A stretch of DNA of 64,000 nt from Acinetobacter phage vB_AbaM_14/CRR8. The notes below the pieces were generated by a model that saw only the letters and a list, made by a program, of their open reading frames with translations, was not told the DNA's origin and ran no database searches. Made by a program: the position numbers and the translations under genes. Below, one piece after another: positions 8,282 to 16,101 of this stretch (positions within the stretch are counted from its first letter, which is position 1; every line of letters begins with the position of its first letter). The stretch lies in the sequence record PV611675.1; one strand, 5' to 3'.

Positions 8282-8698
8282 ATGAAAATTGAAATACAAA
8301 AACCTTTCAATTACAAATTTGGTTATCTCAGAGATACTGAGAGTGGTAGAAAATTGGTTGATTTGTTCAATAGCAACAAAGATCGCACGACAATATCTTA
8401 TGCAAGATACTTGATGTGTGTAAATGTTGGATACATTATCAGTAGTGATTATGAAGTTGATCACAAAGATAATGACAGAACAAATGATGACATAGATAAC
8501 CTACAGATTCTTTCAAAAGAAGATCACAGAAATAAGACTAATTCAACAAGAGTTAGGAGTGTTACAGTAATCACTTGTCCACAATGCGGTCATGATTTTG
8601 AGAGATTTACAAATCAGATAAAGAAAGGTTCCAACCCGAAATGCAGTAGAAGGTGTAATGCCCTATATAGCAGATTCAATTGTGGTTGGGGAAATTAA
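8282..8698 (+). CDS. HNH homing endonuclease (138 aa from the ATG at 8282; the ORF track begins at 8201)
   Basis: motif EVDHKDNDRTNDDIDNLQILSKEDHRNKT plus a C-terminal CxxC zinc site; located between tRNA genes. Confidence 0.65.
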   Translation: MKIEIQKPFNYKFGYLRDTESGRKLVDLFNSNKDRTTISYARYLMCVNVGYIISSDYEVDHKDNDRTNDDIDNLQILSKEDHRNKTNSTRVRSVTVITCPQCGHDFERFTNQIKKGSNPKCSRRCNALYSRFNCGWGN

Positions 8699-8774
8699 GG
8701 GGTTTTAACTCAGTTGGTAGAGTGTCTGCCTGAAGAGCAGAAGGTCAGTGGTTCGATTCCACTCGGCCCCACCA
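8699..8774 (+). tRNA. tRNA-Phe (anticodon GAA)
   Basis: D-arm actc-agttggta-gagt; anticodon stem tctgc/gcaga with loop cuGAAga; T-arm agtgg-ttcgatt-ccact; CCA encoded. Confidence 0.8.
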
Positions 8775-8781
8775 AAATTAT

Positions 8782-8858
8782 AGCGAGTTGTGATGCTGGT
8801 TTCACAGTAGGTCTCATAAGCCTATGCACAAGAGTTCGATTCTCTTACTTCGCTACCA
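8782..8858 (+). tRNA. tRNA-Met or Ile2 (anticodon CAU)
   Basis: anticodon stem taggt/gccta with loop cuCAUaa; T-arm aagag-ttcgatt-ctctt; acceptor pairs 6 of 7; CCA encoded. Confidence 0.6.
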
Positions 8859-8863
8859 AACAT

Positions 8864-8949
8864 GTATGTGTGACCCGAATTGGTAAGGGAGCGGACTGTA
8901 ACTCCGTTGTCAAAAGCAATTGTAGGTTCAAGTCCTACCACATACACCA
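8864..8949 (+). tRNA. tRNA-Tyr (anticodon GUA), long variable arm
   Basis: acceptor gtatgtg/cacatac; anticodon loop cuGUAac; 13-nt variable arm; T-arm gtagg-ttcaagt-cctac; CCA encoded. Confidence 0.8.
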
Positions 8950-8955
8950 AACAAT

Positions 8956-9031
8956 GGTCGATTAGCTCAGTTGGTAGAGCAGTAGCCCGATAAGCTATTG
9001 GTCGCTGGTTCAAGTCCAGCATCGACTACCA
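8956..9031 (+). tRNA. tRNA-Ile (anticodon GAU) with unusual C at position 33
   Basis: acceptor ggtcgat/atcgact; D-arm gctc-agttggta-gagc; anticodon stem gtagc/gctat with loop ccGAUaa; T-arm gctgg-ttcaagt-ccagc; CCA encoded. Confidence 0.6.
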
Positions 9032-9637
9032 AATAATCTCCCGATTGGGTTCGATTCCCGATCGTAACACGCTTTGAAAGTTTGAATATTCATGATAAGT
9101 TCAAATGAGTAGATGGGTTGTGTAAGTTGAAGTTAAGGGCGAGGTGGCCTGTTTCTTCAATGAGAAGGTTCGAATCCTTTGGAGACCAATTTTATTGCCA
9201 CGAATCCGAGCAAGGTGCATGGACCAGACTGTTAATCTGAGGTTAGATGGGTTCGATTCCCATAGTGGTAGCCAAATTAGACCCGAACAGTCTAGTATTT
9301 GTATGTACTTCTTCCCTCCATTTATGGAGTTCTAGTCGGCATACAGGCAGTGAGTATAGATACTTGAGACAAACATTGGTTCTCTCATTTCATCGTTTCG
9401 AAAGATTCTTGCTGTAACAGTTTTGATGCAAAGTGGTTTTCTTTAAAACAGGCTTAGAAAGATACACTGGTAGCAGAAACAGTGATTAAATTCACAAGAT
9501 TATCAGCCATGTGCCTTGGTAATTGTTATCTGTTGGTTGATGTCAGGTATACGTGATAGCTGAGGCTTGATAGTATCATCAACGGCTTTGAGGGATAGTG
9601 ATCATAATACTCATTGCTTACAAAAACCTGAGATTAT

Positions 9638-9708
9638 CATCCGATAGTTTAGTTGGTAAAACACAGACGGTTAGTGCTGGAGTCGCTGTTTCGAAGTCAG
9701 CTCGGATG
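9638..9708 (+). tRNA. tRNA-like element with degenerate anticodon arm
   Basis: perfect acceptor catccga/tcggatg, canonical D-arm gttt-agttggta-aaac and T-arm with ttcgaag loop, but no 5-bp anticodon stem. Confidence 0.3.
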
Positions 9709-9766
9709 TACTGAATGACTTGAGTTTATGCAAACCTTATCAAGTAAATTAAAAAGGTTAGAATTA

Positions 9767-9843
9767 CGGTGTGTTTCGAGAAAGGGTAATCGACTGCCTT
9801 TGGAGCGCAGAATATGTAGGTTCGAGTCCTACCGCACCGACCA
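9767..9843 (+). tRNA. tRNA-Pro (anticodon UGG) candidate with 9-nt anticodon loop
   Basis: acceptor cggtgtg/cgcaccg; D-arm tcga-...-tcga; T-arm gtagg-ttcgagt-cctac; CCA encoded; anticodon stem only 4 bp. Confidence 0.5.
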
Positions 9844-9977
9844 AATTTAAAGACGTGTTTGTCAGTCTGTCCAAGTAAGAAGTTTGCTTAGGAAGAGGGC
9901 ATACAGTGGAAAGGTAATCGCCATGAAGGATTAACTAATCTGGTGAAAATACATGTTAGAGTAACCAGCAAGATTCT

Positions 9978-10053
9978 GGCCTTGTAGCATAGCGGATTAT
10001 GCGCCTCCCTGTCTAGGAGGAATACGTGGGTTCGAGTCCCATCAATGTCGCCA
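9978..10053 (+). tRNA. tRNA-Asp (anticodon GUC)
   Basis: D-arm gcat-agcggatt-atgc; anticodon stem cctcc/ggagg with loop cuGUCua; T-arm gtggg-ttcgagt-cccat; CCA encoded. Confidence 0.85.
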
Positions 10054-10357
10054 AACGTTCGAAGCGGATTGACGTAAATGATCAGGTAGCTCCTGTGACT
10101 GAGAAGTCTATGATATGGTAAGCTAAGTAGCTTCCCTTCGAGAATAGTGAGTGGTGTACAACACGAGCGAAGCGGTGAAGAAGCTACCGTACCTACACAG
10201 AGAACACGGATTTTGCGACAATCTTCTGTACCTCTGCTACTGTGGTATTAAGTGCCTAATGAATTTCAAGAATAGGTCAAAGACTTCCAAACACTCTGTT
10301 GAGATGTTAGAGAAGCAAACGGAGCTGAGTACCTATCTCATATAATAGCTCCCTTTT

Positions 10358-10431
10358 GCTGGTATCGTATAGTGGTATTACGCTGGTCTTGTAATCCAGT
10401 CACGGTTGTTCGATTCCTCCTACCAGCACCA
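10358..10431 (+). tRNA. tRNA-Thr (anticodon UGU) candidate
   Basis: perfect acceptor gctggta/taccagc with CCA; anticodon loop cuUGUaa; weak T-stem, 3 of 5 pairs. Confidence 0.4.
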
Positions 10432-10544
10432 AGATTTTGAGTAGTACGCTGGTAGGCGTGTTGGGTATGTAACAGTCCTTATGTATCGGTTCGATTCCGA
10501 AATTAACTACTCACCAAAATTTGTGGTAACTTTAGAGGTTTGAG

Positions 10545-10850
10545 ATGGAACATATTGCACATGGCAATTATATTTTAGTCGAAGATATCGACAACGAGCA
10601 AGTGACAGATGGTGGTATCGTATTAGCTACTGGTGTTGTGAAGCAAGAAATTTCAAAACGTTCTCGTGTAGTTTCTGTTTCAGAAAAACTTGAGCGACAG
10701 TTTAAAGAAATGGGGTATAAACACTCTATCAAAAATGGTGATGTTATTTACCGTCGATATTTCTCAGGTAATGAGATCAAGACTCGTGATAACAAAACTT
10801 TAAATGCACTTCATATTGATGATGTGTTATCAAAAGAATTTACGGGTTGA
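10545..10850 (+). CDS. GroES-like co-chaperonin (gp31/Cpn10-like, 101 aa)
   Basis: mobile-loop hallmark VTDGGIVLATG and a C-terminal hydrophobic strand pattern matching GroES layout; AGAGG RBS. Confidence 0.6.
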   Translation: MEHIAHGNYILVEDIDNEQVTDGGIVLATGVVKQEISKRSRVVSVSEKLERQFKEMGYKHSIKNGDVIYRRYFSGNEIKTRDNKTLNALHIDDVLSKEFTG

Positions 10851-10914
10851 CCACTGGGTGGTGACGAGGCTCCAAACCTTGTCTTGCTACGTTCGATTCG
10901 TAGTCGATCTGCCA
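10844..10914 (+). tRNA. tRNA-Trp (anticodon CCA)-like element; 5' part atypical and overlapping the CDS stop
   Basis: canonical anticodon arm cgagg-cuCCAaa-ccttg, T-arm ctacg-ttcgatt-cgtag and 3' acceptor plus CCA; 5' acceptor gggttga pairs only via three G.U; D-arm truncated. Confidence 0.35.
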
Positions 10915-10920
10915 ATTAAG

Positions 10921-10960
10921 TCCCACCTCACAGAAAATGTCGCTGGTGGGATATTATTTT
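10921..10960 (+). terminator. hairpin plus T-tract terminator candidate
   Basis: tcccacc, 17-nt loop, ggtggga, then tattatttt. Confidence 0.4.
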
Positions 10961-11076
10961 AAGCGTTGCATCGTTTAAGGTTTTCATAAGTTTTGACCTC
11001 AATAAAGCTTAGTGATTACGCCACATCGGGCTGGTTAGATTAGAATCTTATAAATCCATGTCATGTTGGTTGTAAT

Positions 11077-11152
11077 TGGGACGTAGTGTAGTTGGTTAGC
11101 ACATGAGACTTTGACTCTCATAGATTCAGTTCGAACCTGAACGTCCCTTCCA
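11077..11152 (+). tRNA. tRNA-Gln (anticodon UUG)
   Basis: anticodon stem tgaga/tctca with loop cuUUGac; T-arm ttcag-ttcgaac-ctgaa; acceptor pairs 6 of 7; CCA encoded. Confidence 0.75.
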
Positions 11153-11567
11153 TTTTAAAGATATGTAATCTTGCTTCCGTAGAAGGTACTGACAATCTCA
11201 CCTGATGTGTGCCGAGGTAAGTGGTGAGGATTACATATCTTTGCAATGGTTCATCCTCCGACAATTCTTTTAAGTTGTGCATGACTTACCTGAGTTGGCT
11301 GGTGCTGAGAGGATAAATAGGAATGCTGCTTTAAGTAAAATGCAAATAGCTTAAAGTAAGGTCTTAGTTGGGTTCGATTCCCAAGTGAACTCCCCCAAAT
11401 TATTAAGAGAAGGTAATTCGCTAATATCGACGGGTATTTGATGCTGTATTGATAGGCGCGTTATGAGTTCGACTCTCACAGGCAGATTGGTTGCTATGCT
11501 GAAATTCTAGGATTCTCTACAGTGACATTAATAGTGAGTTATCTTCTCTTAATAATTTGTTTTAGGA

Positions 11568-11642
11568 ATGCCATAATCTAAAGGGACGAAGTACTGGATT
11601 GCAAACCCAGAATAGTGAGTTCGAGTCTCACATGGCATTCCA
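11568..11642 (+). tRNA. tRNA-Cys (anticodon GCA) candidate
   Basis: perfect acceptor atgccat/atggcat with CCA; anticodon loop uuGCAaa closed by an A.C pair; T-arm gtgag-ttcgagt-ctcac. Confidence 0.5.
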
Positions 11643-11724
11643 AAATAAATCGGCATGGTGATCTAGCCTAGTATAGACCCAATGCGACAGCCTTAGAGCT
11701 TACTAGTGGTATTAAACTTATAAT

Positions 11725-11804
11725 GTACAGGTAATGCAAATTGGTAAAGCTACGTGCCTTAGAAGCATGTGATTCTGTGGGTTCGAGTCCCACCCTGTAT
11801 ACCA
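11725..11804 (+). tRNA. tRNA with anticodon UAG (Leu by the code) but a short 7-nt variable arm
   Basis: acceptor gtacagg/cctgtat; anticodon stem cgtgc/gcatg with loop cuUAGaa; T-arm gtggg-ttcgagt-cccac; CCA encoded. Confidence 0.45.
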
Positions 11805-11811
11805 AATTGAG

Positions 11812-12048
11812 GTGTCTATGTTAGATGATATTTTAGCTGAAGGTATTGAGAGTGTTGACTCTGTCGGCCTTGTCAATATTATGTTTAAAACATCTGAACG
11901 TAGTTATTGCTTAAACCTCCAAAGAAGATTTCTCATGCGTTTTGTTTTAAAGAATGATCTCGAATTAAGTGACGAGTGGTTTGATAAGACTGAACAATTA
12001 AATGACTCTGATTACGGTAAATTAATTGAGGTTTTAGGATGTATGTAA
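11812..12048 (+). CDS. hypothetical protein (78 aa)
   Basis: GAGGTG RBS; ORF. Confidence 0.45.
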   Translation: MSMLDDILAEGIESVDSVGLVNIMFKTSERSYCLNLQRRFLMRFVLKNDLELSDEWFDKTEQLNDSDYGKLIEVLGCM

Positions 12049-12338
12049 TTCATTTCGCCCACCAAGTAGACGGGCATAAGAGGTTTATCGACCCTATCTT
12101 TATGGAAGCATTAGAACCTAATGACTTCTACGAAATTCGAGATTGGTTCTCACGTATCACAAACTCTTTACTTGGGTATAGTGATGAAAAATCTTCAAAA
12201 ACTCTTCTTGACATGATGGCCCCAGAGAACATCATATTCAACACTTGGGTTAGTATTACAACACCAGATGATGTGTCTACACTAATCTACTGTATCCGTC
12301 AAGTTCCAGAAAAAGCTACATTCCCTAGAGGTGCATAA
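12039..12338 (+). CDS. hypothetical protein (99 aa)
   Basis: overlapping start/stop arrangement; ORF. Confidence 0.4.
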   Translation: MYVIHFAHQVDGHKRFIDPIFMEALEPNDFYEIRDWFSRITNSLLGYSDEKSSKTLLDMMAPENIIFNTWVSITTPDDVSTLIYCIRQVPEKATFPRGA

Positions 12339-12593
12339 TTGATTAAAAATAAACTTATTAAGTTTGGGGCATCATGGTGTGCTCCTTGTAAAGCTGCAAG
12401 TAAATTCCTTTCCCAATTTGATTCTGAAAAATATATAGAAATAGATGTCACAAATGATGTTGACTTAGCAGAAAAATTCAGTGTCAAACAAATCCCTACA
12501 TTCGTATTAGTGAATGCCAATGGAGATGAGATTGATAGATTCTCTTCATTCAATCCAGCTCTTGTCAAACAAGCAATTGAAAAGATCAAGTAG
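12339..12593 (+). CDS. thioredoxin-like redoxin (84 aa, WCAPC active site), TTG start
   Basis: motif FGASWCAPCK and the thioredoxin-fold length; AGAGG RBS; followed by a terminator. Confidence 0.65.
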   Translation: MIKNKLIKFGASWCAPCKAASKFLSQFDSEKYIEIDVTNDVDLAEKFSVKQIPTFVLVNANGDEIDRFSSFNPALVKQAIEKIK

Positions 12594-12605
12594 ATTTTTT
12601 ACCTC

Positions 12606-12632
12606 AAAGCCCTTCCACGGGCTTTCTTTTTA
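12606..12632 (+). terminator. rho-independent terminator
   Basis: aaagccc-ttccac-gggcttt hairpin followed by cttttt. Confidence 0.7.
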
Positions 12633-12687
12633 AATTTTAAATGATGCAAATAATCCTGTTTGTATCCTTTAGAATTTAGGAGTCGAA

Positions 12688-13059
12688 ATGAGAAAGAAAA
12701 GTGGTAATGCTGATTTACTACGCATCTTCGATGATGAGTTAATTAGAAAAGCTGTAAAGAGGACTACCGAGATTTTGGAAGACCCTTTATCTAAGCGAAC
12801 TGAAGTTCTAAATGCTGCTGACAAAATTATCAAATTCAAATTTGCTTTCCAAGACTCTGTCAGAAGACAAGCTCTTGATCAGATTGATTTTGAAAGCAGA
12901 CAGTTAAAACTTGAAGAACAAAAGATTAAGATGGAGTTGCTGAGAGGCGCTGCCGATCCAAACGCTAAACCTGAAGCGAGGACTGCTTACTCAGCTGTCT
13001 TTGATCCAAAAGATAAGCCAGAAGGGTATTACGACCCTGATCCTGACGAGGAGGACTAG
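12688..13059 (+). CDS. putative terminase small subunit (123 aa)
   Basis: placed immediately upstream of TerL; coiled, charged protein; AGGAG RBS. Confidence 0.4.
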   Translation: MRKKSGNADLLRIFDDELIRKAVKRTTEILEDPLSKRTEVLNAADKIIKFKFAFQDSVRRQALDQIDFESRQLKLEEQKIKMELLRGAADPNAKPEARTAYSAVFDPKDKPEGYYDPDPDEED

Positions 13060-14607
13060 ATGAGGACTCCTAAGAATAAGGTGACGGAAGTAACAACACC
13101 AGAAGCAAGAGATTTGTGCTTACCTAAGAGTAAAAAGCACTATGACTTTGTGTGGTCTGATGCAGATATCACAGTATTTGGTGGGGCAGCTGGTTCAGGT
13201 AAAACATGGCAAGGGTTATGCAGATTTTTACAATTTGCAAATGAACCCCTTTACCGTGGATATGTAATTCGTAAAACACAGGCTTCTTTGAAGCTTGGTG
13301 CTTTTGATACTGCTATTCGATTGTTCTCTGCATGGGACCCAAGAGTTAAGATCAACCGTGTTGATATGACTATTAAGTTTCCATCTGGAGCAATCATCAT
13401 CTTTAAAGGTCTTGATGGTCAAGCCTCTATTGAATATTTCCAAGGTCAAGAGATTTCAGGTGCGCTAGTCGATGAGGCTACACACATTAAGTATGAAGAA
13501 ATTTCTTGGTTAATGACTCGTTTACGTACAAACGCTGCTGTTAAACCTTCTGTATGGTTCACTTGTAACCCCGACCCTGACCACTTTATTGCTGAATGGG
13601 TTGATCCTTACTTGTACCCTAAAAACACGTACAAGACTATCAATGGTCACACTATTGACGTTGGTGGACGTGTTAATCCTAAAGGTAACGGTAGATTACG
13701 TTGGTATTACGTAATTGAAGGTCAGTGGTATTGGAGAGATTCAAGAGAGCAATTGATTGAAGACTTCAAACACCTAATCACAGACCCTAACCAAGTTCCT
13801 ATGTCATTTAGGTTTATTGGTGCAACATGTGATGATAACCCAGTCTTGTTAAGGGACCAACCAAACTACAAATCACAGCTACTTAACAAAACCAAAGTTG
13901 AGGCTGAAAGACTTGTATATGGTAACTGGTACATCCGTGAGGAAGGTGCTGGTTATTGGAAGCATCAATGGTGTAAGAAGATTACAAGATTCCCTACAGA
14001 AGATGATCCAGATGACAAGATTGATAAACGTGTACGCTGTTGGGATTTAGCCTATACAGAACCTCACGATGCCAACCCTGATCCTGACTATACAGCCTCA
14101 GTGCTTATGGCTAGAACTAAGAAAGGCTATTACATCGTAGAGCACGTTATTCGAGCAAGACGAAGAGCTGGTTCATTATATAAATACATCGTAGAGATTG
14201 CCAAGGAAGATTATGCCAATTATGGAATTATTGGACAATTCATCCCTGAAGACCCAGCTGCTGGTAAGTTAACATTCTCGTTCATTAGAGATTTCTGCCG
14301 TCAAAAAGGTATCTTCATTAGTAAGGTTACAGGAAGTAAAAAGGCGAATAAGTTGGAACGTTTTAAGAACTTTGCAGCTGCCTCTGAAAACGGTTCTGTA
14401 TACATTTACGATACTAAACACTTGAAGGGTGTGAAAATTCCTGACAGTGATGATGATAGAAACTGGAATGAATATTATTTCAATGAGTTAGAAGTTTTTG
14501 ATGGAAGTAGTAACGTTAGACATGACGACATGGTCGATGCCACAAGTGATGCGTTCAACGTTTTATATAAGAGACGTAATATTCGAAAGAATGTGACGAT
14601 GTTTTAA
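13060..14607 (+). CDS. terL: terminase large subunit (515 aa)
   Basis: Walker A TVFGGAAGSGKTW; C-terminal nuclease-like acidic motifs; size and position. Confidence 0.85.
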   Translation: MRTPKNKVTEVTTPEARDLCLPKSKKHYDFVWSDADITVFGGAAGSGKTWQGLCRFLQFANEPLYRGYVIRKTQASLKLGAFDTAIRLFSAWDPRVKINRVDMTIKFPSGAIIIFKGLDGQASIEYFQGQEISGALVDEATHIKYEEISWLMTRLRTNAAVKPSVWFTCNPDPDHFIAEWVDPYLYPKNTYKTINGHTIDVGGRVNPKGNGRLRWYYVIEGQWYWRDSREQLIEDFKHLITDPNQVPMSFRFIGATCDDNPVLLRDQPNYKSQLLNKTKVEAERLVYGNWYIREEGAGYWKHQWCKKITRFPTEDDPDDKIDKRVRCWDLAYTEPHDANPDPDYTASVLMARTKKGYYIVEHVIRARRRAGSLYKYIVEIAKEDYANYGIIGQFIPEDPAAGKLTFSFIRDFCRQKGIFISKVTGSKKANKLERFKNFAAASENGSVYIYDTKHLKGVKIPDSDDDRNWNEYYFNELEVFDGSSNVRHDDMVDATSDAFNVLYKRRNIRKNVTMF

Positions 14608-14619
14608 AGGAGTCCTTAA

Positions 14620-16101
14620 ATGGCAGACAATACAAATAATGAGGATCGGAAATCAAAAGTTGCTAAATCTGTAAAACCTGAAATTGGTAGCTTAGGTATT
14701 TCAATCGATTTCCTAGCCATTTCTCGTGAAGCTATTAGGGACTTAACATTTCCATATTCTGTTTCAACTTTTGAAGAGATGTCACGTAGTGCTGTTATCG
14801 CAGCTACTTTAAGTGCTGTTAACACTATCGCAAGTAAGGTTGACTATTTCGTTGCACCTTATGATGAATCTGACACACACAAAGCACGAGCTAAATTCTT
14901 AGAGCAGTGCCTGTTCCAAGATATGGAGACTCCATTCAACCATGTGGTGCGTGATGCACTAACCATGACGAAATATGGTTTCTCCATCCTTGAGAAAGTT
15001 TACCGCTTTAGACGTAAAAAGAAAGGTAGTAAGTTCAATGATGGCAAGGTTGGTATTAAATACCTTCCAATTCGCGCTCAGAGGTCCATTAGGAAGTTTA
15101 TTTACGATGAAGGTAATAGGACACTACTTAAAGTAGAACAGGTCCCATACGGCGTTAGGCGCGTAAATTTGAGCACTAATCCTGTATATATGGATAGAGA
15201 TCGAATCTTACTTTTCAGAGTTAACCCAACAGGACTTTCACCTTACGGAAATAGCCCTTTAGCTGATGCTTACAAATCTTGGCGTGTTCTTGAGAGATTA
15301 CAAGATATCGAGACAACAAGTGCTAACAGGAACTTAAATGGTATCCCTTACCTTAAAGCTCCTTCTGAGGTTCTAGAAGAGGACCCAGATGATCCAGAAT
15401 CAGTTACACGTGTTCGCAAGATTAAGTCTGGTCTTAGCTCAATCAGTTCTGGTGAACAGAGCTATATTTCAGTTCCTTCAGATCGTTACGATGCGAGTGA
15501 GGGAGGTGCTGCTCAGTATGAATTTGGTCTAGTGTCAGGTTCAAGTTCACACCTTTCTGCATTGTCTGGAATCATTACTCGTTATAACAATGAGACATTC
15601 CAAACAATGTGTGCAGATGTGTTGACATTAGATAATGGTCAAGGTGGTGGATCAACAAGCCTCACATCAAACAAACAAACAATGCTTGAGTCATTTGTTC
15701 AGGCACGTATCCAAGAGTTCTTAGAAACTCTTAATAATGACCTAATCCCTGATCTGTGGAGAAAGAATGGATGGGATGACACAAAATGTCCTGTCATTAA
15801 ACATGGTCGAATTGAGAAGATTTCATTAGAAGTTCTTGCTAAAGCGATTCAACAGTTAATGGCTACAAACTCTATTCCAATTACAGTTGAAAACATCAAC
15901 TACATTATGGAAACGTTTGGATTCCCTACACGTCTTAAATCTGGCATGAGTATGAAGGAACTTAAAGATATTTTAGGTTTTGAAGATCAAATGCAAAGTA
16001 GGTCAGGTGATGGGATGAAACGTGGCACAACTGGAAATGGTACAGCTAAAACTGTCCCTAAACAGGATGCTAACGCAGCAAACAGGAGTAAAGATAACTA
16101 A
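14620..16101 (+). CDS. portal protein (493 aa)
   Basis: follows TerL; about 55 kDa; typical portal composition; strong RBS. Confidence 0.7.
   Translation: MADNTNNEDRKSKVAKSVKPEIGSLGISIDFLAISREAIRDLTFPYSVSTFEEMSRSAVIAATLSAVNTIASKVDYFVAPYDESDTHKARAKFLEQCLFQDMETPFNHVVRDALTMTKYGFSILEKVYRFRRKKKGSKFNDGKVGIKYLPIRAQRSIRKFIYDEGNRTLLKVEQVPYGVRRVNLSTNPVYMDRDRILLFRVNPTGLSPYGNSPLADAYKSWRVLERLQDIETTSANRNLNGIPYLKAPSEVLEEDPDDPESVTRVRKIKSGLSSISSGEQSYISVPSDRYDASEGGAAQYEFGLVSGSSSHLSALSGIITRYNNETFQTMCADVLTLDNGQGGGSTSLTSNKQTMLESFVQARIQEFLETLNNDLIPDLWRKNGWDDTKCPVIKHGRIEKISLEVLAKAIQQLMATNSIPITVENINYIMETFGFPTRLKSGMSMKELKDILGFEDQMQSRSGDGMKRGTTGNGTAKTVPKQDANAANRSKDN

Larger units (their letters stand above)
7440..11810 (+). 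other. tRNA gene cluster with embedded protein genes and ORF-free RNA regions
   Basis: about 19 GGTTCGAtTCC-type T-arm motifs on the plus strand; about 15 fold by hand into tRNA or tRNA-like structures. Confidence 0.8.

Noticed and set aside
9164-9275. T-arm motifs at about 9164-9180 and about 9246-9262 with CCA-like ends
   Set aside because: I could not find complementary 5' acceptor strands within tRNA distance, so they are left as unresolved tRNA-like fragments rather than called genes
8714-9335. ORF-track entries 8714-8965 (+), 8822-9022 (-) and 9144-9335 (+)
   Set aside because: They overlap the well-folded tRNA-Phe, Met, Tyr and Ile genes and other tRNA-like elements, and have no RBS, so they are spurious
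10151-10345. 64-aa ORF between tRNA-Asp and the tRNA-Thr candidate
   Set aside because: It uses a GTG start without an RBS, has a Cys/Leu-rich low-complexity translation, and lies in a region more plausibly tRNA leader or spacer
10439-10516. Candidate tRNA with acceptor GAGTAGT/ACTACTC plus CCA
   Set aside because: The acceptor pairing is perfect but the T-arm is mis-spaced (4 extra nt) and no anticodon arm folds; not called, though it needs a software check
11247-11392. Possible intron-containing tRNA (5' acceptor GGTTCAT at 11247 pairing with GTGAACT at 11385 around the T-arm at 11371)
   Set aside because: The 145-nt span is too short for a group I intron and too long for a tRNA, and no D or anticodon arms could be placed; likely a coincidental complement. 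The T-arm at 11368-11384 is left unassigned
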